Source: an uncultured Candidatus Peribacteria bacterium | GTDB lineage: Bacteria > Patescibacteriota > Gracilibacteria > Peribacterales > Peribacteraceae | NCBI GenBank assembly: GCA_964641555.1 | Contig: CAZXKA010000002.1 | Span: forward strand, 10,033-74,032 | Length of the DNA stretch: 64,000 bases | Direction: 5' to 3' | Shown here: positions 40,602 through 50,725 of the stretch, one piece after another | Layout of the letters: every line of letters starts with the position of its first letter | How positions within the stretch are numbered: the stretch's first letter is position 1 | Made by a program: the position numbers and the translations under genes | The notes under the pieces: model-generated | Seen by the model: only the letters and a program-made list of their open reading frames with translations | What the model was told of the DNA's origin: nothing | The model's database searches: none

Positions 40602-41680
40602 AGCTCCTGAGCGTCGCGTCGGCCCGGCCCAACTTCGTGAAGCTCGCGGCGGTCGACCATGCCATTCGGCGATTGAAAGATCCGTCGGTCGAGCATCGGA
40701 TCGTCCATACCGGCCAGCATTACGATCCGCTCTTCTCCGATGTATTTTTTTCGCAGTTGGATATCAGCCTCCCCGCCGTGAACCTGGAAGTGCACGGCGG
40801 TACGCGCGACGAAGCGATCGATCGGACGATGCGCGCGATGCTCCCCGTGCTTGAATACGAAAAGCCCGATGTCGTCCTCGTGTACGGCGACGTGAACGGG
40901 GCCGTGGGAGCGGCTCGGGCCTGCGCGAAGCTCGGTATCCGGCTGGCGCACGTGGAGGCGGGGTTGCGATCGTTCGACAAGACGATGCCGGAAGAGCTCA
41001 ACCGCATCGAAGTCGACCAGCTCGCGGATGTCCTTTTTTGCACCGAGCAGTCTGGTTTGACGCATCTCGAGCACGAAGGGGCGGAGGGGGAGCGGTACCT
41101 CGTCGGGAACACGATGATCGACACGCTCCTGCGGATGTTGCCCTTCGTCGAGGAGGCGGACGTACCGCCGGGATTGCCGGATGTCTACGCCGTGGCGACG
41201 CTGCATCGTCCGAGCAACGTCGATGACCCCGACGCGTTGCGCGCCGTGCTCGATTTCCTCTCCGAGGTTTCCAAAAAATGCCCCGTCGTGTTGCCGATCC
41301 ACCACCGTCTGAAGGCATCGCTCGATCGGTTCAATCTTTCCGAAATTCTCCCGCCGTCGATCCTGCTGCTGCCGCCCCAACCGTACGTGCCGTTCTTGCG
41401 GCTCATGCGCGACAGCGTCTTTTTGTTGACCGATAGCGGCGGGATTCAAGAAGAAGCCGTGCTCCTGCGCAAGCGGTGCTTCACGCTGCGGCGTAATACG
41501 GAACGCCCCGTGACGATCGAGGTGGGGAGCAACATCTTGATTGACCCCGCGATCGAGCGCGACCGCCGCGCCGTGCTGGAGTTCGCCGAAGCGCCGGGCG
41601 ACGTCGGCGTCGATATTCCACCGTTCTGGGATGGGCGGACGGGGGAGCGGATCGTGGAAATCCTCCGAGGAGGATATTAA
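40598..41680 (+). CDS. wecB: UDP-N-acetylglucosamine 2-epimerase (non-hydrolysing)
   Basis: VHTGQHYD, LAHVEAGLRSFD, LTDSGGIQEEA. ATGA overlap. Confidence 0.9.
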   Translation: MKLLSVASARPNFVKLAAVDHAIRRLKDPSVEHRIVHTGQHYDPLFSDVFFSQLDISLPAVNLEVHGGTRDEAIDRTMRAMLPVLEYEKPDVVLVYGDVNGAVGAARACAKLGIRLAHVEAGLRSFDKTMPEELNRIEVDQLADVLFCTEQSGLTHLEHEGAEGERYLVGNTMIDTLLRMLPFVEEADVPPGLPDVYAVATLHRPSNVDDPDALRAVLDFLSEVSKKCPVVLPIHHRLKASLDRFNLSEILPPSILLLPPQPYVPFLRLMRDSVFLLTDSGGIQEEAVLLRKRCFTLRRNTERPVTIEVGSNILIDPAIERDRRAVLEFAEAPGDVGVDIPPFWDGRTGERIVEILRGGY

Positions 41681-42717
41681 GAGAAGGCGCGTAGGATTTT
41701 CAGTACGCCTTGCTTCACGCTCTTGCGGTGCGTCGTGCCGGTCTTGTCGGCTTCGTCGCGATGCGCCAGGTACCAGTCGTACGTGTCGCAGAGCGCTTTT
41801 TCGTTGCTATCTTTGGGCTGCCAGCCGAGCATCGTCTTCGCTTTCGTGCAGTCGAAGTAGAACGGCTTGTGCGGCGTTTTGTAGTGCCAATCGACAAGGG
41901 GTGAGATCTTCAGCCAATCGACGATGGTGAGGATGCCGCGGACCAAGGGGCCCGGCGTCGGCTGCACGCGCGCTCCCGTCTTCGCGTGGGCGATGAGTTT
42001 TTCCAGATCGCCGCGTACCGTGCCGAACTCGTCGGCGCCGATGTTGAAGTCTTCGTTCTTGCAGGGCAGCGTCGCAATCCGCACGCAGGCGTCGGCCAGG
42101 TCGGGGGCGGAGACGAGCTGGAAGAGGTTGTCGCCTTTGTCGATGATGTAGACCTTCTTCCCGCGACGGATCCAGTCGAACAGAATCCCGAAGATGCCTA
42201 ATCTTCCCGTGCCGACGATCGTCCGCGGACGAACGATGGACACGTCGAGATCATTCGTCGCTCGGAATTCTTTCACGGCTTTCTCGCCATCTTCCTTCGC
42301 GAATCCGTACTGTCCGAGCGGCGTCAGCGGCGTTTCCTCGGTGATCGGCACGCTCTTCGGGATGCCGTACACCGAGCTCGTCGAGACGTTCAGGACCTTC
42401 TTCACGCCGTTTTCCCGTGCGGCCCGGAGTACGTTTTTCGTGCCCTGGACGTTCACGTCCCAGAAGACCGAACCAGAGCGCGAGATGGGCAGGACCGCGG
42501 CGTTGTGATGGACGACGTCGACCCCCTTGAACGCCGCTCGCAGCGCGGCGAGATCGCGCACGTCTCCGCGGATGTACCGCACGCCTTTGGCCTGCACCGC
42601 CGGGTCCAACTCCGCGAGATCGAACACGGCGACCGTATCGCCGCGCCCGAGGAGCGCTTCAATGAGGTGGAGCCCGAAGAATCCCGAGCCGCCGGTGATG
42701 AGGTGGTGGAGCGCCAT
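41677..42717 (-). CDS. NAD-dependent sugar epimerase/dehydratase (extended SDR)
   Basis: ORF trimmed to ATG 42717. ITGGSGFFGLHL and YGFAKEDGEK (YxxxK). Confidence 0.85.
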   Translation of the reverse strand: MALHHLITGGSGFFGLHLIEALLGRGDTVAVFDLAELDPAVQAKGVRYIRGDVRDLAALRAAFKGVDVVHHNAAVLPISRSGSVFWDVNVQGTKNVLRAARENGVKKVLNVSTSSVYGIPKSVPITEETPLTPLGQYGFAKEDGEKAVKEFRATNDLDVSIVRPRTIVGTGRLGIFGILFDWIRRGKKVYIIDKGDNLFQLVSAPDLADACVRIATLPCKNEDFNIGADEFGTVRGDLEKLIAHAKTGARVQPTPGPLVRGILTIVDWLKISPLVDWHYKTPHKPFYFDCTKAKTMLGWQPKDSNEKALCDTYDWYLAHRDEADKTGTTHRKSVKQGVLKILRAFS

Positions 42718-42718
42718 G

Positions 42719-43729
42719 TCAGATGTCGAGTCCCTGCTTCTCGCGCGCCCACTGGATGGAGCGGCGCATGCCTTCTTCGAGTTCGACTTCGGGCTTATAC
42801 CCAAGTTCGCGCTGGGCTTTGGAAATGTCGCACGCGATGTCGCGGTCCATCTCGCCCGCCACGTGGAATTCGGTGACGTACATGCCCACCGATTGCAGTA
42901 GGCGATCGACGATGCGACAGATGAACGACGCCAGTCCCGGAATCTTCCGCGGCTTCAGTTCCGTGCCGAAGAGCTTCGCGATCGTCCGGTAGATCTCGAT
43001 CGTTTCGTAGGGCTTCCCGTCCGCGATCCAGTAGATCTGCCCGTTGGCCTCCGGTGTCCTCTCGGCCAGGAGCATGCCCTGGATGGTGTTATCGAGGTAG
43101 CTCATGCTGCGCAGCGCCTTGCCGGATCCGAAGAGAATCGGATTGCCCTTCTGGATCATCCGGAAGAACCGCAGTTGACGTTCAGGCTGGCCGTTGCCGG
43201 GGCCGTAGAACCAGCACGGGCGCAGAATGACGGCTTCGAGTTTTCCTTCCCGCACGAAGCGGAGCACGTGTTCCTCCGCCTGGCGCTTGCTCCGTCCGTA
43301 GGCCATGTACGGCTTCGGCGGATCGCTTTCCTTCATCGCCTTGCCGAGTCCTGCCGCCGAGTTCGAGCTGATCATCACGACGCGCTTCACGCCGGCTTTC
43401 GCCGCGGCTTCGAGCACGTTCAGCGTGCCCGTCGTGTTGATGTCGAAGAGCTGCTGGATCTTCTTCGGGTGGATGAGCCCCACGAGGTGGAAGACCGTAT
43501 CAACGCCTTGCATTGCCGCGTCGAGCGACGCCGTATCGAGCACGTTGCCCGGTACGATCTCGGTGGCGGAGGGCAACGACGACGTGTTGAAACCCGGGAG
43601 CACGAGCGCCTTCACGCGCCGCTCCTTGTGCATGGAAAATTTCTGCAGCGGGTCACTCGGGTCGACGAGGACTTCGAGGAGACGCGTGCCGAGCCAGCCC
43701 GGCGCGCCGGTGACGAGGGTGGTCTGCAT
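42719..43729 (-). CDS. NAD-dependent sugar epimerase/dehydratase (extended SDR)
   Basis: VTGAPGWLGTRL and YGRSKRQAE. TAGGGT lies 9 nt upstream of the ATG. Confidence 0.85.
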   Translation of the reverse strand: MQTTLVTGAPGWLGTRLLEVLVDPSDPLQKFSMHKERRVKALVLPGFNTSSLPSATEIVPGNVLDTASLDAAMQGVDTVFHLVGLIHPKKIQQLFDINTTGTLNVLEAAAKAGVKRVVMISSNSAAGLGKAMKESDPPKPYMAYGRSKRQAEEHVLRFVREGKLEAVILRPCWFYGPGNGQPERQLRFFRMIQKGNPILFGSGKALRSMSYLDNTIQGMLLAERTPEANGQIYWIADGKPYETIEIYRTIAKLFGTELKPRKIPGLASFICRIVDRLLQSVGMYVTEFHVAGEMDRDIACDISKAQRELGYKPEVELEEGMRRSIQWAREKQGLDI

Positions 43730-43758
43730 AACGGGGAGACCCTACCGTATTTCGGGCT

Positions 43759-45069
43759 TCATGCCAAAAACGCCGGGATGAACGCCCATGCGACGGCGAG
43801 GTTGAACGCGGCCAGTGCCGCGGTCGTTTTCATCGAACAGGATTTCCAGGCGATCGCGGCGCAGGCGAGGATGAACGGCGTGCTCATCGTGACCATGAGG
43901 TCGAGGTCCGACGGGAATCGGAGATCGAAGTTGAAGAGCGTGACGAAGGCGACGACTCCCAGCGCGCAGATCGACAAGAACGCGTCCGTGCGGTCGAATG
44001 CGATCGCGTTCTTCCATCGGTTCCACAGCGTCATGGCCGCGATGAGCGTGCCCGTGGGCACGACGATGAAGAGGATGTTTGCGATCTGCAGCGCGTGATC
44101 GACCGAGAAGAACAAGAAGACCGCGGCGCCCGCCAATCCCGCTTCGGTGAGCGGAACGAACGTTTCCTTGTCGCCGCCGCCGTAAATGTCTCCGGCGACG
44201 ATGGCGTACCCCATGGCCGAGACGACGATGAGCGTCGCGACGAAGACGACGACGGCCGTCCCGAGAACGATCGCGCCGTTCCTGGCGGCGAAGCCGAGAT
44301 CGCGTTCCCGCAGCAGCAACGCCGCGAACGCGATGGGAGCGAGATACGCGTTTTGACCGTGTGTCAGCGCGGCGAAGGTGAGCAATGCGGAGCCGAGCAC
44401 CAGCCATCGCGTGCCGCGTTCTTCGGTTCGCAGATAGCGCACGAACGCCCACAGCGACCAGAGCAGAAACGGAATGCCGATGAGCGTGGCTTCGTAGTAG
44501 TCGCGGATGAAGACGATCTGCAACGCACTGCCGAGGTAGAACAGTGCCCCGAGTTTCATCCACGCCCACCGCTTTTCCGGCTCTTGTTGTCCGATTTCCC
44601 ACAAGACCGCGAACAATGAAACGGCTGCGACGGCGCCCATGGCCACCGGAAGCAGTCCGCGATCGATGCCGATGCCGAGCCACCACAGGTAGAACAGGTT
44701 CGCGAGGATGGACGATGCGAAGAGCGTCGTATCGTCGGCCACCAGCGACCGCCAGTGCGAGTCGCCCATGGCGCGCGCGACGTTGTCGATGCCGGCCGTC
44801 GCATGGATCGCGGCGAGGAGCAGGAGCGTCGCGATCGGAAGGAAGCGGCGCCATCCGTCGCCCCATGCGACGATGGACCCGATGCAGATGCACAGAAGCG
44901 CGAGCGTCGCGGACGACGGGAGCGCGTGCCAATCGAGGAGCCATGTCCGCTGGACGACCTCGGTCGGAACACCGCTCAATTCCCAGACGGAGACGTAGGA
45001 GAAGAAGAGGAATGGCGCAACAGCCACGATCACGGCGGCCAGCAGCGTCGGGAAGAGCGAGAATCTCAT
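43759..45069 (-). CDS. Polytopic membrane protein (436 aa), possible Wzy-type polymerase or ligase
   Basis: ORF 43759..45909 was trimmed to ATG 45069 (MRFSLFPTLLAAVIVAVAPFLFF). About 12 TM helices. The function is inferred only from context (a flippase is present and no other polymerase candidate was recognised). Confidence 0.5.
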   Translation of the reverse strand: MRFSLFPTLLAAVIVAVAPFLFFSYVSVWELSGVPTEVVQRTWLLDWHALPSSATLALLCICIGSIVAWGDGWRRFLPIATLLLLAAIHATAGIDNVARAMGDSHWRSLVADDTTLFASSILANLFYLWWLGIGIDRGLLPVAMGAVAAVSLFAVLWEIGQQEPEKRWAWMKLGALFYLGSALQIVFIRDYYEATLIGIPFLLWSLWAFVRYLRTEERGTRWLVLGSALLTFAALTHGQNAYLAPIAFAALLLRERDLGFAARNGAIVLGTAVVVFVATLIVVSAMGYAIVAGDIYGGGDKETFVPLTEAGLAGAAVFLFFSVDHALQIANILFIVVPTGTLIAAMTLWNRWKNAIAFDRTDAFLSICALGVVAFVTLFNFDLRFPSDLDLMVTMSTPFILACAAIAWKSCSMKTTAALAAFNLAVAWAFIPAFLA

Positions 45070-45079
45070 GTCGGACGGA

Positions 45080-45095
45080 AGTATAGCGGTATACT
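45080..45095. promoter_or_regulatory. Back-to-back TATACT -10 boxes for two divergent leaderless genes
   Basis: Plus strand: TATACT 45090-45095, then 10 nt to ATG 45106. Minus strand: TATACT 45085-45080, then 10 nt to ATG 45069. Confidence 0.5.
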
Positions 45096-45105
45096 GGCGC
45101 CGACC

Positions 45106-46290
45106 ATGCGCATTCTCATGCTCACCGACAGCTTCCACCCCGAAGTGGGCGGAAGCGAAACGGCCATTTGGAGACTCGGCGAAGCGCTCGTCGCCCTCGG
45201 GCACGAGGTCGGCGTCGCGGTCATCTCGAAACCCAACGCGAGCAGCCCCTCCGATAAATTTTCGTTCTGGAACGTGTCGTCGAAGATCGGCACGGTGGAT
45301 CTGAAGTTCCTCGGGAAGATCCGGAATCTTCGGACGATCATCCGCGCGTTCCGACCGGACGTGCTCAACGTGCACTTCATGCTGGAATCCGGATACGTCG
45401 GAGTGAAAGCGGCGAAGGCCGAGGGGATTCCCGTGGTGCTCACGAACCGCGGCAAGGGCCTCTACAACGAAGCGACGTCGCTCCAGGAGTCGATCATGTA
45501 CCGGTTCTGGAACCGCGGCGCGGCGAAGGCCGATGCCTACATCGCGACGAGCGAGGAGATGGTCGACCGCGGCCGCGAGCGGTTCGGCCTCGAGACGACG
45601 GCGATTTCGAACGGCGTGGAAATCGACACCTTCCGCCCGGACGTCGACGGCGCGCCCATCCGCAAGCGCTACGGCGTCGGCCCGACGCAGCGCGTGATCC
45701 TCTGTGCGCGGCGGCTCGTCCCCAAGAACGGCATCGAGTATATGGTGCGTGCATTGCCCGGTGTCCTCCGGCATCACGACGCGGTGCTCTGGCTGGCCTC
45801 GCCGCTCATTCGCGAATATGAGACATTGAAAGCGCTCACCGAAGAGCTTGGAATTACGGAGAAGGTTCGGTTTCTCGGCAGCGTCGATCATACGGAACTG
45901 CCGGCGCACTTCACGGCGGCCGATCTGGTCGTGCAGCCGTCCATCGCCGAAGCACGCAGTTTGGCCTGTCTGGAAGCCATGGCCGCGGGGTCAGCGATCA
46001 TCGCGACCGCCACGGGAGGGCTGAAGGAACTTATCACGCACGGCGAGAACGGGTACCTGATTCCCGAATTCCAGGAAGCGACGTACGCCGTCGGTGCGGT
46101 GCAGGAAGAGGGCGTCAAGAATCTCGAACGAGCGGTCATCGACGTGCTCGGGAACGAAGAGCTGCGCCAACGGCTGAAGCGTGGTGCGCGGCAGTACGCG
46201 CTCACGTGCAGCTGGCCGGAAATCGCGAAGCAGACGCTTGCTGTCTACGAGAACACGATCGCTTCCCATTCGTCTTCCAAACACGGCTGA
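45106..46290 (+). CDS. GT4 family glycosyltransferase
   Basis: MRILMLTDSFHPEVGGSE..CARRLVPKNGI..QPSIAEARSLACLEAMAAGSAIIATATGG. Confidence 0.88.
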   Translation: MRILMLTDSFHPEVGGSETAIWRLGEALVALGHEVGVAVISKPNASSPSDKFSFWNVSSKIGTVDLKFLGKIRNLRTIIRAFRPDVLNVHFMLESGYVGVKAAKAEGIPVVLTNRGKGLYNEATSLQESIMYRFWNRGAAKADAYIATSEEMVDRGRERFGLETTAISNGVEIDTFRPDVDGAPIRKRYGVGPTQRVILCARRLVPKNGIEYMVRALPGVLRHHDAVLWLASPLIREYETLKALTEELGITEKVRFLGSVDHTELPAHFTAADLVVQPSIAEARSLACLEAMAAGSAIIATATGGLKELITHGENGYLIPEFQEATYAVGAVQEEGVKNLERAVIDVLGNEELRQRLKRGARQYALTCSWPEIAKQTLAVYENTIASHSSSKHG

Positions 46291-48149
46291 TGTGCGGCAT
46301 CGCGGGCATCGCCGGCAGGATCGGGACCGAGGCGGATCTCGGGCGGATGCTTGACGCCTCGCCCTGGCGCGGACCGGATGATCGCGGAACGTTCCATGAC
46401 GGCGGTGCCGCGCTCGGGCACCTGCGTCTTAGCATCATCGATTGCACCGAGGCCGGCCATCAGCCGATGCGGAGCCACGACGGCCGGTACGTCATCGTCT
46501 TCAACGGCGAGATCTTCAACTACATCGAATTACGGGATGAGTTGAAAGGGTTGGGACACACGTTCAAGACGACGGGGGATACCGAAGTGATTCTTGAGGC
46601 GTATAGAGCGTGGGGCGAAGCGTGCATCGAGAAGATGAACGGCATGTGGGCGTTCGCGCTCTATGACACGCGGGAGAAGACGCTCTTCTGCGCGCGCGAC
46701 CGGTTCGGGGTGAAGCCGTTCTTCTATCGGATCCGCGGGGACGAGCTGCAGTTCGGGTCCGAGATGAAGAACATCCTGGCGCTCGGGAAGGCCGAACCGG
46801 ACTGGCAGTATCTCTACCACTTCTTCGATCGCAAAACGCCGCTCGGGTGTGACCGAACGGTGTTCAGAGATATTCTGCATCTGCGCCCCGGCCATTCCCT
46901 TACATGGAAGAACGGCCGGATCTCCATTCGGCGCTTCTGGGTCTACGATCCGGATGCGGCGCAGCGGACGTACGACTACGCGGATCCTGCGAAGACGTTC
47001 CGCGAGCTCTTCGTCGACAGCGTGAAGCTGCGTCTGCGCAGCGACGTTCCCGTCGGCATTTGCCTCTCGGGCGGCATCGATAGCTCGGCGATCGCCGTGG
47101 TTGTGAAGGAGTTGGGTGTGCGGCCGCACACGTTTTCGTCGATCTACGACGAACCGGCCTACAGCGAGCGGCGGTACATCGACGCGGTGAACGCGGCGGT
47201 CGGTGCGGAGTCGCACACGCTCACGCCGCGTGCCGAGGACTTCTTCGCCGTGATGGAGCACATCGTCGCGCACCACGATGAACCCGTGCGGATGCCGGGC
47301 GTGTACTCGCACTGGCACGTCATGCAGTGCGCCGAACCGCACGTGACGGTGCTCCTCGACGGCCAGGGCGCGGACGAAGTGGTCGGTGGATACAATGAGT
47401 ATTTCGTGTCGTATCTCGCGAGCTTGATGCGCAACGTCGCGATGCTGCGCGGTCCCGGCGAAGCGTTGCGCATGATCCGATCGACGCTCGACACGCTGCA
47501 GAACGAGAAGGGTCTGTCGGCGGGGCGGATGGTGAAAGAAGCGCTTGTGCGAGCCATTCCGGGTATCCGCTCGCTCGGCGGATCGACGGAGAAAGATGAG
47601 ATTTTTGCCCGTACGTTCGTCGTCGAACACGCCCGTCCGATTGCCGAAGATGCCGCCGAACTTGCCGTGCTTGAGAACGCGCGCACGTTGCTCGACGAAG
47701 AGATGTACAAGAGCTTCCGCGAGACGAACCTGCCGATGCTCCTGCGCTACGAGGACCGCAACAGCATGGCGTTCTCACTCGAAGCGCGGACCCCGTTCCT
47801 CGATTACCGTATCGTCGAATTCGCGTCGGCGCTCCCGCTTGAGTGGCGCATTCGCGGCGCGACGACGAAGGTCGTGGTGCGCGAGGCACTCAAAGATCTG
47901 CTGCCGGAGATCGTGTTGAACAGAAAAGACAAGAAAGGCTTCCCGACGCCGACGTCGCAGTGGTTCAAAGGGGTGCTTGCCGAGGAACTGCGATGTCGCT
48001 TGCTCGACGGCGCTCTCTCGGATGGTCGCATCGTCTCGATGGACGCCGTTCGCTCGATGCTCGACGATCACCAGTCCGGCACGCGCTCACACGAGCGTCC
48101 GCTCTTCCGGCTGCTCACGCTCGAGACGTGGCTCCGGCAGCACGCATGA
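46290..48149 (+). CDS. Asparagine synthase (glutamine-hydrolysing) family amidotransferase, copy 1
   Basis: N-terminal nucleophile MCGIAG, PP-loop CLSGGIDSSAI. The start overlaps the previous stop by 1 nt. Confidence 0.88.
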   Translation: MCGIAGIAGRIGTEADLGRMLDASPWRGPDDRGTFHDGGAALGHLRLSIIDCTEAGHQPMRSHDGRYVIVFNGEIFNYIELRDELKGLGHTFKTTGDTEVILEAYRAWGEACIEKMNGMWAFALYDTREKTLFCARDRFGVKPFFYRIRGDELQFGSEMKNILALGKAEPDWQYLYHFFDRKTPLGCDRTVFRDILHLRPGHSLTWKNGRISIRRFWVYDPDAAQRTYDYADPAKTFRELFVDSVKLRLRSDVPVGICLSGGIDSSAIAVVVKELGVRPHTFSSIYDEPAYSERRYIDAVNAAVGAESHTLTPRAEDFFAVMEHIVAHHDEPVRMPGVYSHWHVMQCAEPHVTVLLDGQGADEVVGGYNEYFVSYLASLMRNVAMLRGPGEALRMIRSTLDTLQNEKGLSAGRMVKEALVRAIPGIRSLGGSTEKDEIFARTFVVEHARPIAEDAAELAVLENARTLLDEEMYKSFRETNLPMLLRYEDRNSMAFSLEARTPFLDYRIVEFASALPLEWRIRGATTKVVVREALKDLLPEIVLNRKDKKGFPTPTSQWFKGVLAEELRCRLLDGALSDGRIVSMDAVRSMLDDHQSGTRSHERPLFRLLTLETWLRQHA

Positions 48150-49299
48150 GCGGCGCGTAGAGCGCTTCCAGATCATCCAAGAAACGATCGAGCGAGAAGT
48201 GTGTTTCGATATGCGTCCGGGCGTTCTCACCAGCTTTTGAGAGCTCCGATGCATGATCGCTGCACCACGCGAGGCGTTCGCTGAACGTTGTGACATCCGT
48301 CGGATCGACGACCCATCCCGTCGTTCCGTTGACGATCGATTCCTTGGCGCCTCCCCACGTGGTCGCGATGGCCGGTTTGCCGCACGCCTGCGATTCCAGG
48401 CACATGGTGGGGAAAGGATCGAGGTACACCGACGGTACAAGTGTCGCGTCGGATGCGGCGTAGGCCAGCCGCATGCGTTCGGCGTCGCACGAGCCCAGGT
48501 AGTGCGCGCGCGGACCGAGTGACGCGAGATCGCGTTCGTTCAGCTCTCCTGCCACGAGCAAGATCGCGTCGTCCGGCAGCGCATTGCGGACGGCTGTCAC
48601 GCCCTTGTCGTGGCCGAGGCGTCCTGCCAGCAGCAACGCGGGAGCGTCGGACCGAATGCCGAGTGCTATCCGCGCTTCGGCGCGCGAGGCAATGGGTTTC
48701 CAGAATGTCGTATCGATGCCGTTATGGATCGTCACGATCTCGCGTTTCATCCGCGGTTCTAGGTATAAGCGCAACGCGTCGCTCACGGCAACGATGCGAT
48801 CACATTGGTTGAGAAGCGATACGGCGATCGTCGTGCGCAGCGGATTGAACTCCCATCGTGCACGTTTCACATCTTTGAGCCATAACAGTGTTTCATCACC
48901 GTATACTTTGCCGTACGAGAGGTGCATGACACCGTGTGCGGTGTAGACCACCGGAATGCCCATCGCCTTCGCGAGCGGGATCCAGCGGTAGCCGATCTGC
49001 CAGGCGAGTCCGTGCGCGTGGATGATGTCGGGCCGGACGTGCCGAATGATGCGCATGACTTCTTGCGCACGCGACTGCGAAAAAACGCTGCGGTAGTGCG
49101 CGGTGCGCTTGTTTTTTGGTTGGACCGTTTCAATCACGACACCGTCGATGGTCATGGGAAATTTTTCGCGCGGCGCGCAGGTGAGAATCGTCACGTCGTG
49201 GCCGCGGCGCGCCAATCCCAGGCTCGATTCGAGCGCGATCCGCCCCGAGCCTCCCAGGATGTACGGCGGCAGGTCTTCGCTGATCGTGAGGATCTTCAT
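48115..49299 (-). CDS. GT4 family glycosyltransferase
   Basis: ORF trimmed to ATG 49299 (MKILTISEDLPPYILGGSG). VPSVYLDPFPTMCLESQACGKPAIATTWGG. The 3' end overlaps the convergent amidotransferase gene by 35 nt. Confidence 0.85.
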   Translation of the reverse strand: MKILTISEDLPPYILGGSGRIALESSLGLARRGHDVTILTCAPREKFPMTIDGVVIETVQPKNKRTAHYRSVFSQSRAQEVMRIIRHVRPDIIHAHGLAWQIGYRWIPLAKAMGIPVVYTAHGVMHLSYGKVYGDETLLWLKDVKRARWEFNPLRTTIAVSLLNQCDRIVAVSDALRLYLEPRMKREIVTIHNGIDTTFWKPIASRAEARIALGIRSDAPALLLAGRLGHDKGVTAVRNALPDDAILLVAGELNERDLASLGPRAHYLGSCDAERMRLAYAASDATLVPSVYLDPFPTMCLESQACGKPAIATTWGGAKESIVNGTTGWVVDPTDVTTFSERLAWCSDHASELSKAGENARTHIETHFSLDRFLDDLEALYAPLMRAAGATSRA

Positions 49300-49943
49300 G
49301 GTTTGCGGGCGACGCAGACGACGTTGTTGTAGACGATGCCGGGAGGGCCTTTCAGCCGGTCGAGGGATCGGAAAATTTTCTCGACGCGCGGTGCCAGGAG
49401 CTTGTTGAGCCGCGATCGGTGCGGATTGAGCGGGTTGAAGAACCGATGCTTTACGGTTTCGCCCGCGCTCGCCCAGAATCCGCCGTGCTTCGTGCAGATC
49501 AGGACTTCCAATCCCGCCCGTTCCACCATGTGTCGCATGCCTTGTTCGGTGAACCGGTAGAAGTCCGTCGGGTTCGCGTGGAACGGCGCCATGAACGGCG
49601 CCGAGAGGATGCACGTCCCGCCCGGGCGGAGGATCCGCGCGATCTGCTCGATCATCACCCACGGTTCTTGTACGTGCTCCATCACCTGGTTGCTCACGAT
49701 CGTGTCATAGCTCGCGTCCGGAATCGGCGGGTTGAGAACGTCGCCGACGATGTCGGGACGCACGGCGGGATCGATGTCGATCGAGGTATAGGTCTTCGCG
49801 CGCTCTGAGACGAGCGCCTTCTGCTTCCCGCCGCCCCCGCCGAAATCCAGCACGTCGCCGCGCACGAAATCGAGCAGCGCGACCATGACTTCGCGCGTGC
49901 CGTAGAGCCGGGAGAGGGAGCGTCCGTCGACCACGGGGGCCAT
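49296..49943 (-). CDS. Class I SAM-dependent methyltransferase
   Basis: VLDFGGGGG, MEHVQEPW, LRPGGTCILS. ATG 49943 is preferred over TTG 49961. Confidence 0.8.
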   Translation of the reverse strand: MAPVVDGRSLSRLYGTREVMVALLDFVRGDVLDFGGGGGKQKALVSERAKTYTSIDIDPAVRPDIVGDVLNPPIPDASYDTIVSNQVMEHVQEPWVMIEQIARILRPGGTCILSAPFMAPFHANPTDFYRFTEQGMRHMVERAGLEVLICTKHGGFWASAGETVKHRFFNPLNPHRSRLNKLLAPRVEKIFRSLDRLKGPPGIVYNNVVCVARKP

Positions 49944-49981
49944 GATAGCGGACGGGATCAAACGGGCTATACTGCCGCGGC

Positions 49982-50725
49982 ATGGCGTTCGCCTTCACCC
50001 GCTACAAAGACCAGGGCGCGTTCCACTGGGCCCAGATGGAGACGCGGTCGCTCTGGAAGTACAACGCGTACCAAGCCGCGGCGTACGAGCTGGCGCTGAA
50101 CGCCTTGGGTGACGTGCGGGGCAAGACCGTCGTCGATATCGGGGCGGGGGACGGAGCGCTCTCGTCGCTCATCGTCCGCAAGGGCGCGAACGTCACGGTG
50201 GTCGATAACCAGCAGGCGGGATTGGACGTGGCGAAAAAAATGATCGAGCAGCGCGGCCTCTCCGCGACGTTCGTTCAAGGCGACGCCGGGCACACGACGC
50301 TCCCCGATGGCTTCGCCGACGCGGTGATGTGCAGCGAGCTCATCGAGCACCTCGACCATCCCGAATCGCTCGTTGCCGAAGCGTACCGGATCCTCAAGCC
50401 TGGGGGCGCGTTCGTCGTCACGACGCCGCACAAGCTCGGCGAGATCCCGATGTCGCAGTTCCACGTCCACGAGTTCTTCCCGACCGAGCTCAAAGAACTC
50501 GTCGCGACGACGTTCTCCGATGTCACGGTCCTCGAATCGCACCATGTCTTCTGGTTCTCGTTCTACGGATACCGCTTCCCGATGCTGCGCCGGCTGCAGA
50601 TCGGCAAACCGATCGTGAACATGCTGGCGCTGTGGTTTCGGTTCAATCCGTTCCTGTACGACGCGTCGACGCGCGGCAAGCGCGACTACTACGCCCAGCT
50701 CACGCTGCGGGCGACGAAGGCTTGA
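49982..50725 (+). CDS. Class I SAM-dependent methyltransferase
   Basis: VVDIGAGDGAL, LIEHLDHPE, LKPGGAFVVT. TATACT 49968-49973 lies 8 nt upstream of the ATG. Confidence 0.85.
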   Translation: MAFAFTRYKDQGAFHWAQMETRSLWKYNAYQAAAYELALNALGDVRGKTVVDIGAGDGALSSLIVRKGANVTVVDNQQAGLDVAKKMIEQRGLSATFVQGDAGHTTLPDGFADAVMCSELIEHLDHPESLVAEAYRILKPGGAFVVTTPHKLGEIPMSQFHVHEFFPTELKELVATTFSDVTVLESHHVFWFSFYGYRFPMLRRLQIGKPIVNMLALWFRFNPFLYDASTRGKRDYYAQLTLRATKA

